From Anthoceros angustus (taxonomy: Eukaryota > Plantae > Anthocerotophyta): DNA of 64,000 bases. The notes under the pieces are model-generated. The model saw nothing but the letters and a program-made list of their open reading frames with translations. It ran no database searches and was not told the origin of the DNA. Shown here piece by piece: positions 49,785-64,000 of this stretch; position 1 is the stretch's first letter, and every line of letters begins with the position of its first letter. The position numbers and the translations under genes were made by a program. The stretch is from positions 558,001-622,000 of the forward strand of contig MU008156.1 in NCBI GenBank assembly GCA_010909165.1. The letters run 5' to 3'.

Positions 49785-50086
49785 TGAAGAAGAAGAAAAG
49801 AATTTTATTGAAGTCCACTAAGGAGGATTTCCGTCATGGGACTTGGTACTTGTACCATGGTGTGCTTAAGCTATTTGCACCAAGAGCATCCATTCTCTTT
49901 AGGCACCCCATTGACAACTTGTACCATGGTGTGCTTAAGCTATTTGCACCAAGAGCATCATTCTCTTTAGGCACCCCATCTAAGTACCGATCCAAAGGCA
50001 CCCCATCTAAGTACCGATCCAAGCGCAAGATGCTTAATAACGACGTTCTTATAAATGTGTGTCCATTTGGCCTAAGCCATTTGGAC
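49785..50086 (-). mobile_element. Truncated LINE 3'-end copy with internal duplications
   Basis: Closely similar to 50810-51005, including the AATAAA-(TTC)n tail. Confidence 0.75.
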
Positions 50087-50227
50087 ACACATTCGTGACT
50101 GCGCGATTGGCAGCTTCGTGACTGTACGAGAAACCACGCATGCAACAATTCAGAAATCCTTTGGGCAAGGGGTCATCCATTCCTTCCGGACGGAAAAAAT
50201 AGAGGACTTCCTACGGATAGTTTCTTG

Positions 50228-50297
50228 GGCATACGCTGGATTCAAACCCGAATCTGATACTTGAAAGGCGATTTTACTAACCAACAACAACAAACGG
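50228..50297 (-). pseudogene. Degenerate tRNA-Gly(TCC)-like pseudogene
   Basis: GGTTAGTAAAATCGCCTTTCAAGTATCAGATTCGGGTTTGAATCCAGCGTATGC is colinear with plant tRNA-Gly GGTTAGGATAATTGCCTTCCAAGCAATAGACCCGGGTTCGACTCCCGGC; stems disrupted. Confidence 0.55.
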
Positions 50298-50429
50298 TGG
50301 AGGGACCACCACAAGGTAGAGATCATACACCATAAACTAGGTCAAAAACAGTGTGTTCAAATGGCCTTTATAAGAACATGGCTGCTCTATAGATATGGCG
50401 CTCTACTTATAAGTACTTATAGAAGCCTA

Positions 50430-50790
50430 GGATGTTTAAGCAGCCCATCTAATTAGATGGGCTGCTCAAAAGAAGTGAATGCCCTTGGTGCTAATAGCTT
50501 AGGCACACTATGTTACAAGTCCTTAAGTATCGAGTACCATGAAAGGAAAATTCCATTCAAGTGCACTACAATAGACTTCGTTGGGTACTTGGATGAGGTG
50601 CATAGAGGGAGTGGATGCCCTTGGTGCTAGTAGCTTAGGCACACCATGATACAAGTTATTGAGTACCAAGTACCATGATAGGAAAATCCATCCAAGTGGA
50701 CTACAATAGACTTCTTTTTCTTGTGTACCAAGTACCATGGTAGAAAAATCCATCTAGTGTCCTATTATAGACTTTTTTTTATTCTTCTAC
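50430..50790 (+). mobile_element. Three stacked LINE 3'-end fragments in the opposite orientation
   Basis: gcccttggtgct..agcttaggcacac..agtaccatg..gaaaatcca..agtggactacaatagactt recurs and is the reverse complement of 50810-50950. Confidence 0.75.
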
Positions 50791-50807
50791 ACATATATAG
50801 GTTTGAA

Positions 50808-51722
50808 CTAGAAGAAGAAGAAGAATTTTATTGAAGTCCACTGAGGACGAATTTCCGTCACAGGACTTGGTACTTAACAACTTGTACTATGGTGTGCCTA
50901 AGCTACTTGCACCAAGGGCATCCCCTCCCTTTAGGCACCCCATCTAAGTACCGATCTAAGCCCAGGATGCTTAATAAGCACCATTTGGCCTAAGCCATTT
51001 GGACAATAACTGAAATAAGAGAAAAAAGATGCAAAACTTATGAGAGATGAAAAAAGAGGCACAAGCTATGAGGAGTTCTACAAGGCTTGCCGATGATAAG
51101 AAGCTCAGAGACAAAGGCCAGAGAGCTTAGGGGTATGGAAAGAAAAAAGTCTACGCAATGAAAAAAAAAGAGCTAAAAAAGAAGAGTGTATCAAGCCCAA
51201 TGTTCGATAAAAGAATAGGAAATGCATTTCACATTTAAGGTCCAGGGAGCAAAGCTTGCAAATACATTGTTGATGAGGAGTCGCGGCCTTAAGGCAACAA
51301 TCGGTCTCGATTCGGAGGTCATGGGAGCTAACACGGAACCGACCAGCGAGTGTATAGAGATTGAAGGGATCTAAAGTAGAGTGGAAGTGTTGGAAAAATG
51401 GAGTTTGGGCTTGAAAGGAGAGGCAGAAGAAATAGAGCATTGAATGAGACGAAGGTATCTCAATTTAAGGTCCTTCCGAATGAGGTGGTTGGAGGGAAGG
51501 TGAGAGACTAGAAGAAGCTAGACTACAACAGCCAATTTTGTGACATTCGTGTGTGCGTTCCAAGCATGTGCAAGTAGGATGTGTGTGATCTAGGCGTATG
51601 CACCATTGGTAATCTATCTTTGCATAATCAGAGAAAGAATGAATGTATGCAATTTGGTAAGTTTGGTAAGAATGTGAAGTACGCAAAATGTGAAAGCCAA
51701 AGGATCTTGAGAGAGTAATCAA
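50808..51722 (-). mobile_element. 5'-truncated, decayed non-LTR retrotransposon (ORF2 C-terminus, 3'UTR and tail)
   Basis: LAGRFRVSSHDLRIETD..ICKLCSL..EMHFLF is the C-terminal CCHC-type region of LINE ORF2; ends in a stem-loop, AATAAAA and (TTC)n. Confidence 0.75.
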
Positions 51723-51813
51723 TCAAGTCAAGTTTTATTCAACTAAGATATCATGGTGATAGGAATAGGGAAAAAGGCAAAGCGGGAAGCTGAAATCTTC
51801 GGGGACAACGGTA

Positions 51814-51885
51814 AGGTCCTACCGAGATTTGAACTCGGGCTACTGGATTCAGAGTCCAGTGTCCTAACCGCTAGACTATAAGACC
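51814..51885 (-). tRNA. tRNA-Gln (CTG)
   Basis: GGTCTTATAGTCTAGCGGTTAGGACACTGGACTCTGAATCCAGTAGCCCGAGTTCAAATCTCGGTAGGACCT, 72-nt cloverleaf. Confidence 0.96.
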
Positions 51886-52076
51886 GCCGATGGCAATATC
51901 TGCCACATAAATTTATTCGTACGTATTAACAATAATATATACTGCACACATTTCCAACACCAGTCATATGCAAGGAGTTGGTTTTGCCGTGGTCAAATCT
52001 GTGACATCCGTGTGTGCGTGAACCAGGCATGTGCAGCTGGGCAAGGCATGTGTTTGCTCCAGGCATCTGCTATATG

Positions 52077-53020
52077 GGTATTCATCTTTCAACGCCAATG
52101 ATCCTACGCAAAATTTTCTCATCCTCAACAATCAGCCCATCAAGAAGTACTGGAAGTGATACTTCACAGACCGGTCTCCCCTTCTTTCTGACCGTGTCGT
52201 CGGGTCGTGTGAAGCGACCACCCCTTGAACTCGTGCTTGACATGTTCACCTGCATGAGGAAAGGAGCACAGCTGCTGCAAATAGGCGGCCGTGCAGTGTG
52301 TGGAGTATTTGCTTAGTGTGGTCTTCAATCTGCATGCTGCAATATGTTAGAATGCAAATGTTTCCTTGTAAATTTGGTTTCCATAAACATGAAGGTTGTT
52401 TGATTGGGCAACAACTCTGCCGCGACTACACAAGTGTTTGCCATCTGCTTTCCGTCTCTCTGTCTTTGTCCAATTCTCTGCTCAGACCCACATGTCACTG
52501 CCACATTTCTGAGACCCATTATGTCAAGTAAGACCACATGGTACGAGGATTCCGAACAGTGAAAAAATCTAATCAGCACTTTCACTTCAATAGAACTGTC
52601 CACAGTCCTGACCTGTCTTCGCAACCTACGCTCATTCTGAAGTATGCAGGAGGACGAGGTCTCGCCATACATCGGGCCGGAGCTTCCACACCTAATAAAA
52701 TTATTTAAAATATGAATTGGATCAACGGCTGCTCAGGAATACTAAGCTGTTATTCGAGATTCTGCAAAACTCTTCTTGGAAAATCTCGACGTTCTCAACC
52801 TATCTTCGTATCTACATAATCCCACTTGCCGCCTTAGTTCTCAAAGGCGTGACTCATCAACATAGGTCCATGATGTTGCATCATCCGCCTCCAACGCTCC
52901 AAGATGCTCCAAGAATCGGCGACTACGCTCTACATCATGGTAGCTTCTACAAGCACTCAGCAAAGACGTTCAGCGCACGACTTGATTCCCTGCCAGGTAG
53001 CTCCATCTTCAACCTCCCAC
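52077..53020 (-). other. Possible small or decayed gene of unknown function
   Basis: Exon-like pieces MYGETSSSCILQNERRLRRQ|gt and ag|VNMSSTSS..CEVSLPVLLDGLIVEDEKILRRIIGVER*; upstream part has stops. Confidence 0.25.
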
Positions 53021-53157
53021 TTTTGGAATGAATGTCCACTTTGGAGACACATAGACTCCAATGCCTCTTCCATAAATCTGTGAGGGAAGAGGCATCGCCT
53101 GCAGCGGTGCCCCGCAGTGGCGGAAGATGGAAGCAGGAAAAGGCAAGATTCTGGTGA

Positions 53158-56624
<3,467 letters not shown>

Positions 56625-56873
56625 CGCAGCAGCAGCTGCTTCGCTTCAGCAAAGCCACGTCCAATCGTGCAGCTTTCACACCTTGGCTAAAAAGACGTCT
56701 CAGCGTTTCAAAATTGGGGCTTAGGTGATCGAGCTGGCTCGATTCCAAATTCAGCAATCCGACCGCCTTTGCAACAATCAATTCTGCACCATCTCCAGAG
56801 CTTATGCTGCTGCTGCTTCACGACATGCCATAGGAGGAGATGATCTCAAGTCGGATAAAAGGACTGGTTGATC

Positions 56874-57795
56874 ATGAACATCCCACGGCTGGAGTCCATG
56901 GCACTGGCGCATTCGCACATCTCAACTGTAGTTCGCTACAATCAGCGCAGAATCAATCCTCGTGCCTGGCCAGCTGCATCGCGGTCTAGTCTAGGGCTTT
57001 TTGGAAGGTCTGTGTCCCAATTGTGCACAAGGAAATGCTGCGCCTGTGTGAGCATCCGGAGGTGTGGAGCAGCCACCACCAGCGCATCAGGCAAGGCAGA
57101 AGGGGAGGGTGTGGAAGAAATGGAGCATGTGAAGATTGCCGTTGGTCCCACAGGCAGTTGCATTGAGCAGGTGTTTTCATTCAGGAGGATGTTTGGACCT
57201 TCCAGTGTGCTTGTGGTGGTGAGGATCCTCCGCTGTGTCGTAATTGGGGGATTTGGATGCCATTGTTTGGACTGTGGCTCAGCTGTCTGGTATGGCAGGT
57301 GACACTGGCGAAGCCGCTGGGAATCATCTTCCGAAGCATGGAAGGAGGTAAAGGGGAGCTGGTGGTTGTGGAGGGCCTGGTTCCCAAATCCAATGCAGAT
57401 CGCTGCTTCCGGACGGCACTGATGTTTCAGAGCAACGTCAGGCAGCGCAGGGGAAGCGTGATAGAGGGAGATATCAGGCCCGGAGATGTGCTACGGGCTT
57501 CCACCACAGTGAGCGCTGCTCGAGCTTAGAATGGCATGCGTTAGCAATAGTGAAAGCTTGCCGTCTCAGTGTGAGTCGGTTGAAATTGCATCCTGCTGGG
57601 ATGGCATGCTCTCAGCTCGATGCCTGATGGCTGCAGGTTGACGTCACAGTGGATCTGTTTGGCTTGCGTGCTCCCCGCCGCGTGGTGAAGCTCTTCCAGG
57701 CAGATGGAAGACCATGGAGAGAGACCATGGCTGCTCTGAATGCGAGCTTCGTGGCAGACGGCCCTGTAACTCTTGTCCTGGAACGGACGACGTAA
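56874..57795 (+). CDS. Probable plastid-targeted PDZ-like domain protein
   Basis: Transit-like N-terminus; |VTLAKPLGIIF..VVEGLVPKSNA..IRPGDVLRASTT|..LFQADGRPWRETMAALNAS..GPVTLVLERTT*, similar in pattern to the PDZ of plastid MET1/ZKT-type proteins. Confidence 0.72.
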
Positions 57796-58004
57796 CAAGC
57801 TCGTATGAAACAGGGCCGATTCTGGTCCATTCGTCCAGTCTCTGTTGAACCATCCTGGGCTTTTCTTCAGTCTAGTACATTCGCTTACGCACTCTTAACT
57901 TTTAAGTCATATTTTCCCTTTATGTAAAGAGGAAAGGACGAGGTCAGTGGGCTTTGAGGGAAGCAAGGTGGGAGTAGAATTGCTGGGCTGCGGTGTAGGC
58001 CTCC

Positions 58005-58840
58005 ATGGCGATGGCGAAGCAGGCGCTCACCTCTTTACGTTCCCTACGCAATGTGCTGTCTGGCGGTGGCCACCGCTGCATGGCCTCTGGTCCATCCAAG
58101 TTGAATCCAGGCGAGGTGGGCGAAGTTGCAGGCATTCCAGAGAAGCATCTGCACAGGAAGGTGAGATTGCTCTTACACCTTCCGCATCTTGTTGCCTGGT
58201 GGTGCTGTTGCGGGGGGAAATCGTGTGGCAGATGGATGGGAGCACAGGATTCACTTTGCTGATGGGCGGAATCGCCAATTTTGGTTTGTGTCTCGTCGAT
58301 GGGCAGGTTGTGATATTTTCACCAGCACGAGTGGCTTCCCAGCAAGGGATGGCCAAAACTGGGCGCTGGAAGATCAGCTTTCAGTCGAACGAGAAGTATG
58401 GGAGGCTGGTTTGGCAGCTCGTGAGTAGGATGCTTCTGTTGTGGTGTGGAGGCTTAGGGTTTTTGATGCGCTTTGTAGGTGGGAGAATCCGTTGATGGGA
58501 TGGACATCTACGGGGGATCCCTATGCAGCAGTTGGTGAGGCTGCTCTTGCTTTTGACACCAAAGAATCCGCTGTCGAATTTGCCAGCAAGCATGGGTGGG
58601 AGTACGAGGTATGTGTTGCACGTCGTGGTTTGTTTGCTGGCATGCTAGTCTTCTCACCTTTCTCTACGGCTTGCTGAGCAGGTTAGGGAACCCCATCAAC
58701 ACGTGAGGAAGGTACACCCGGGACCAAATGTTGAACTTGCATGGTCTTTTGGCGCAAACAATTGATTGGGGTGTTGCACTGCTGCGCAGCCCAAAGCTTA
58801 CGCAGACAACTTCAAGTGGAAAGGTCATCCTGCAGAGTGA
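58005..58840 (+). CDS. NDUFS4: NADH dehydrogenase (complex I) 18-kDa subunit, FRO1-like, 5 exons
   Basis: [10 protein letters not shown]|[19 protein letters not shown]|[26 protein letters not shown]|..|[14 protein letters not shown]. Confidence 0.96.
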
Positions 58841-60281
58841 TCGGGCTCATTGGATTCCCACTTCCCACACAAGTTGAGGCATTCAACGAATTCTTTCTTT
58901 GCAAGTCGGCTTGCTGCTGCTGCTTCTTGTTGAGTATTGTGCTTCGCACCATGCTAAAGCACCCCGGGTGAGCGCTTCTTGGGAGAAGTGTGCGTAAACA
59001 ATCATGTAGGCTCTGTCAATAAACGAGATGAACTGTCATCTGGCTAAGTCTGATGTTTGGAGACCCTCTACCCTCAAGGACGGAGACCCTCTACCCTTGA
59101 GGACGGAGACTGCATCAGAGAATCTGGATCTGGGTCGTTGTGTCCATGCTGCAAGAGAAACCATGCATTTGTGAGACAATGCCACTTGTACTTACAGGAA
59201 ACAGGATGTTTCGAACTAGGTCTACGGAGGCTCGGCACCCAAATCACAACACGCAAGGCCAAGTACTTGTGGAGGACAGTATTCATCGAGTCCCCGTCAC
59301 ACCGGTCTGTGAGCATCGTGAGAAGCTAGCTTGCCTTCACAGTCATAGCTTTGCGTTAACACCCCAAACTCGCCGTTCATATCTTCGTCTGAAAAGCTAT
59401 CCACCGCCTTGAGTGAAGATCCCTCATCTGTGCTCCAGGAAGTAGACAGCCAATCGACAGAAGGGTAGGAGCCTAGTCACTTGTAAGCTATGCTTAAGTA
59501 AGAGTCTTCCCGAATCCCAACACCTCCCTCACCTTAGCAAGGTACGACGGAAAATCACAACTAAAATACTTGTGGCAATGAGAAGGATTTCTTCCGCAAT
59601 CGCCCATCTTGTGGGAGCCTTAATTGCCTTTAGAAGTGTCTGCCTTAGTCTCAAGCACAATCAGCCAGAGAAGGTGGAATATCCTCCCTACACTATACAC
59701 TTCCAAGGATGTCAGGCCCGGATTTAATTCGTTTTGCCCTCGCAGTCGTTACTCTAGGCACACAGCGATGTGGAATGTGCCTTGTACACTGTACATTTAT
59801 GTACATAAAGTCTCCATTTCCGATACATGTACATATGTGGGTAGGGATGTAGTTGTGGACATGTGGACGGCCCGCTGGTGGACGTCCATCGAGAAAGGGA
59901 TGTCACAGAAGACCTGCAGTCCTGCACGTCACACACCTCCACGAGCCAGTGTCATCGGCATCCTGCCATGCCGGCAACAATTCAACAATTAGCGTCGATG
60001 GGTGCCGGCAAGGTTTCCATGATGTGCTACATATGGACCTGTCTCCTGTAGGTCTCCAGAGATACGTATGTAGCAGCTGCAGTTTAATTTGTGCTTGCCA
60101 ATCCGATGGCCATGGGTAGGAGGGCATCAGCGTAGTGGAGGCCTACCGTGGCACTCGCAACTTCATCAGCAGCTGAGCTAGCGCTGAAGGAATCAGCGTA
60201 CCGTGGTCATTTTCAAATTTTCTCCTGCGTCCATGGGCTTCCACACATTAAATAGTTAAGAAAAACCATAGGGAGTGCGAC

Positions 60282-60362
60282 GTTGGGATGGCCGAGTTGG
60301 TCTAAGCCTCCAGCGCTAGACTGTGGTCTGAGAGGTCTAGGGTCCGAATCCTGCTCCCAGCA
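60282..60362 (+). pseudogene. tRNA-Leu-derived sequence (pseudogene or SINE head)
   Basis: GTTGGGATGGCCGAGTTGGTCTAAG...GGTCCGAATCCTGCTCCCAGCA: acceptor stem and A box intact, long variable arm, anticodon and T arms mispaired. Confidence 0.75.
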
Positions 60363-61179
60363 TTACATGGTACCGCTGAGTAGCTTTACGTTTCGTCATT
60401 CCAACTGAGCAGTTGCAAGGACTCTTCGGGTTCTGATGAGCACCGGAATGGACGCTCAGTTGCAAGGACTCTTCGGGTTCTGATGAGCACCGGAATGGAC
60501 TAATGTTTACCTCTCGATGAGCCTGATTGATCCGATCCAGATTCTGGACTCCTCCCGGCCGTGGCCCGTAATTATCCGCTCGCTGGGCCTGGGACACCTC
60601 TACTACCCAGCATTGTCAGCTTCATCGGCAATGTATGTACAGTTTTAAGACGTCTGTGGTTGCGAAGCAGGCATGCACGCGTCGGACGTCTCCATTGCCC
60701 AAAATGTCGGCCCGGCTTGAGACAAGCGTCCGTTTGTTGCCAGCTAGGTGGGTCCGCTGGTAGGCATCTCGCACAGAACATTTACTTGTAAGTCAATGCG
60801 GATAGAGACTGCGCACTCCCAGTCTCCCGCTCCTCTAATCAACCCACCTTCCGCTCTTCTGCGGCCCCGCCCACAAACTCAAAATATGTACCAAACCGAA
60901 TCTCTGCACTGTCCCGTGCCTTAGCCCGCTGCTTGAAAATTATAATGGGAAAGGTCCACCTGGCCGTGCCTTACAGCTCGCTGCCTATAGCAATGCTCAT
61001 CAGAACTGAAAACTACACAAGAAATCATTACATAATCCATTCACAACCAAATACATACACAATCGTTAAATAATTCATGCAAAATTAATAGCAATGCTTA
61101 TGGGAACTTGAAAATATACAAGAAATTACTATATATTATCTAGGTAGACTCTTGTGGTTCATACCATTTGAAAATATTC

Positions 61180-61490
61180 ATTTTATGGGACTTCAAAATC
61201 CGCACGAAATTATTTGATGTTTTATGTCATGGGACTTGGAAATATGAAGGAGCCCAAGAAAACCGTCAGATGCCCTCTATCATGGGATTCGGAAATATGG
61301 AGAAACCCGCTTTCACGGGACTTGGGAATCTACAATAACGATTTACAATGAACGGAGGAACCCGTTAGTATCTACTTTCACGGGACTTGGAAGTCCACGG
61401 GACTTTGGGAATCCACAATAACGGTTTACAACGAAACGAACGGTAAGTGTCTGCTTTCATGGGACTTGGAAATCCACAATAACGGTTTGT
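61180..61490. repeat. Irregular repeat cluster of the motif TTTCAYGGGACTTGGRAATCCACAATAACGGTTT
   Basis: Core (ca/ta)ygggacttgg recurs about seven times with variable spacing. Confidence 0.8.
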
Positions 61491-62116
61491 GGATGCCAAT
61501 GGGGACCACAAGCAAATTGTACTTTGTTGGGCTACAAAGTCCGAAGCAGAAATGGTTCGGCATTAGTTCTATATGCAGAGAAGGAGTAAAGTAGGTTGTT
61601 TTCGGTCTGGCATTCGTGGGCTAGCCCCTTGGCTCTTGGTCCTTTAGTGGGTTGTCCCCCTCTAATAAAAATGGAGACTTTATTAAAAAGAAGAGATTGA
61701 CAACCATCTACCCCGAACCCAAGGAGTAAGGTGCATATAGAGTAGGAGGCATATAGAAGAAAGGTTAGCCCTGAGACTTGTGAATCGAAATCTGAATTGA
61801 ACTTTGCTGTTTGCACTTTATGGTACGCGTCTATGTAGCATATGGCGACTCACGTTTGTAAAGACGAATCGAGTGTGGCCACAGCTTATTGAGCGTATCT
61901 GTAGGTGCGATAGGCAGAGATCGGCAGTTGCATGTATGTAGTGCTGGGTGGGGCAGCCCAGAGGCTCGGAGGGCCGAGGCTCGGGTCCAGGCCAGCGGGC
62001 TTGATCGCGACATTTAAAACCTGGCTGCTTAAGTGAGAGGGGCGCCGCAGTTGCTCGCGCATTTGGGCACCACATCGAGAGGATCCGAGGAGGCGATTTG
62101 GGAAGGCAGCAGCGCA

Positions 62117-62986
62117 ATGGCAGCAGCGGAAGCAGCGGCCGCGGCGGGGGCTTCCGCTCGCAAGCTCTCCCTGCGCTCCACAATGCTCCATGCTCTGCAG
62201 GACTTGAAGTATGTTGTGGATCCGGGGGAAATTGATATGACGCTCACCGCCTTCCAGGAGCGGTTTGGGGCCGAGCCCAGCTCCCAGGACCTCAAGATAT
62301 TCACCCACCAGGCGAAGGACCCCGCTGACAAGGTGAGGTCGCGTGCGGAGCTAGGCTGAAGCTTAATTCCTGTGGGAACCGCGTGCTTGAGCTTGCAGCG
62401 CTCTCAAACATTTTTCAGTTGTTGCAACCAGCTGGCGGCCATGGCCTCTCCCGCCCGGTGCCCGGTGCCCGGTGCCGGTACCGGCCTGGGGCAGTGCTGG
62501 TGCAGGGGCCTGGGAGGCTGGAGCTTCAACTGACCAGCGTTTTGTGTTTGTTGTTTGTGTCACCGACGGGTCCAGCTCTTGGTCTTCTTCAACGACGATA
62601 AGATTGTGAAGAAGCAGAGCATCGAGGCGTACTGGGTGGAGATGGGCGAGAAGGAGACCACCCGGGCCATGGTTATCACTCCCGCCAGGTTCATCAGTGT
62701 CCTGGCCGAGAACATCTTGGAGAAGAATGTTACTCACGATCTCATCATCTTCCAAGTAGGTCCAGCTCGCTGTTTCCTCTCTCCGCCCGCCTCTGCGCTG
62801 CTGCACAGCTTGCAAGTCTGGTCTTTCTCTCCATCAGCTGAATAACGTTGTTGCTGCCATGTTCAGGAACAAGAGATCCTGACAATGGCATGGCTGTTGG
62901 ACGTAGCCTCGGTGGAGCCTGGTAGCTGGGGCGTGGAGCTGCGTCGCCGCCCGCAGATCAGAATGAGGTGCTACCAGCTCCAGTAA
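62117..62986 (+). CDS. Divergent RPB5/NRPE5-family protein, N-terminal (jaw) domain; C-terminal domain not found
   Basis: RSTMLHALQDLKYVVDPGEIDMTLTAFQERFG..DLKI..DPADK|LLVFFNDDKIVKKQSIEAY..MGEKETTRAMVI..LIIFQ|EQEIL matches the RPB5 N-domain, with GT-AG introns. Confidence 0.8.
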
Positions 62987-63916
62987 GTGTCCACGTGAAA
63001 CCACCTCTCAAACAAATGTCCCCACAAATCTTGCAAGCTTGCCTGACGGTGTCCTAGGCCCCCGCCTTGCCAACTCATTAAACCTGACTTTGTTTTCTCC
63101 CTTGTGTTTCCAACACCAGGCCGCTGGCAACAGGCAAACGCCTCTTCTCAGAAAGATAGCCTCGGTGCGCACTTGTAAATATTGGCTGTCCACTCGCCTC
63201 TACACATGGCAAGGCAGGCTTGGTCCGATTGGAGACCTCATCACGCTGGCAAGGCGCATTGCAAATTCATTGCTTTTGCATTGCATTTGCAATCCTCCTC
63301 TTCGGAGGATGAGAGTAACTGTGTGGAAAAACAGATGACTTGAAAACCGGCGTTTCTGTGTTCGAACTTGTCTTCCTCTGGTTACCGTGGTCCCTAACGT
63401 GTAGGAGCTCCAAATATTTTACTTGATACCTTTCTCCCAAGGGCAAACGGTTGAGGGTGTGGGTGAGACGTCTCGATTCACAAGCCGTGGAGGGCTGGGG
63501 CAGTGCGGAACAGCTGTGCAAAACGCCAATCCAACGCATCTGTGTGTCGTACGAGAGGCCCGGGCGCATGGCATCATCGCCCTTGCAGAAGAGGTTATTC
63601 AATTGCACATGGCGATGCCCTACGTTCTCTCCCAAGCACTCGGCAGTCGAGACGAGCCCCGGGCCCCGGCACGGATTACGATTCCCGGTGACTTGGCTGA
63701 CACATTTGCAATGGACAAATCGCAGACTGTCCCGTCCTGCGCTGGGCGCAAGAGCCAGCATGGATTCACGACCCATGGAGTTCGCTTGCGTCGCAAGCAG
63801 GCTCGGAAAGCGTGCGGGAACGTTAACCCGGCGAGGTCCGAGAGCTGGCAAGTGTGGAAGTCCAGTGTGAAGCAGGAGCTGGAGCTGGAGCTGGAGCAGG
63901 GGCTGGTGCAGGAGCC

Positions 63917-64000
63917 ATGGACAACGCGGGTTTCATAGCTGCGGCGGAGGAGGGAGACGTCTCCAAGGTGAAGGAATTCCTGAAGAACCCTAAGAACAGC
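63917..64000 (+). CDS. Start of a probable ankyrin-repeat protein (runs off the window)
   Basis: gccATGG start; MDNAGFIAAAEEGDVSKVKEFLKNPKNS fits the AA..G....VK.LL ankyrin pattern. Confidence 0.55.
   Translation, partial: MDNAGFIAAAEEGDVSKVKEFLKNPKNS

Noticed and set aside
59190-60282. A second LINE remnant and a solo LTR starting TGTCAGG at ~59710
   Set aside because: The LINE-like motifs need several frameshifts and alternative frames read equally well; no CA end, PBS or TSD was found
60433-60490. Hammerhead ribozyme core CTGATGAG (also CTGAGGA at 50841)
   Set aside because: No stem II followed by GAAA and no NUH cleavage arrangement could be built
62117-62986. RPB5 as part of a giant-virus insertion together with the TBP-like and SUI1-like sequences
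   Set aside because: The RPB5 gene has spliceosomal introns at positions I recall as typical for plant RPB5 and lies 36 kb away; the SUI1 piece is bacterial/plastid type; no NCLDV hallmark genes were seen
63267-63938. Overlapping ORFs of 139-194 aa on both strands
   Set aside because: No recognisable domain; probably upstream sequence of the ankyrin gene

Overview
Gene-dense, intron-containing nuclear DNA from a plant. Plastid transit peptides, introns of about 100 bp and very short intergenic gaps suggest a compact non-seed plant such as a hornwort (inference). Recognisable genes in order: CCT2 (partial), plastid MsrA, a WD40/bromodomain (PHIP/BRWD-like) gene interrupted by a 680-bp internal duplication, a FAM21/WASHC2 homologue, aspartylglucosaminidase, PRP39, an nsLTP-type protein, plastid PDH E1-beta, condensin CAP-G, organellar LysRS, a plastid PDZ-like protein, NDUFS4, a divergent RPB5 paralogue that appears to be N-domain only, and the start of an ankyrin protein. 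There are three intact tRNA genes (Ala-CGC, intron-containing Tyr-GTA, Gln-CTG) and three tRNA relics. The most unusual part is the accessory block at about 15.2-27.8 kb. It holds two copies of a module (FAM21-derived exons, a novel leader, a TATA/AT-rich spacer and a ~65-bp repeat array), each associated with a different intronless cargo. One cargo is a highly diverged TBP-like sequence inside the array; the other is an unknown ORF joined to a YciH/SUI1-like exon. Cytochrome P450, C2 and WD40 fragments lie nearby. A second accessory zone (49.8-51.7 kb) is a pile-up of LINE 3' ends next to tRNA sequences. All calls were made by eye from the sequence and remembered family motifs; no database searches were run, and exon and repeat boundaries are approximate.
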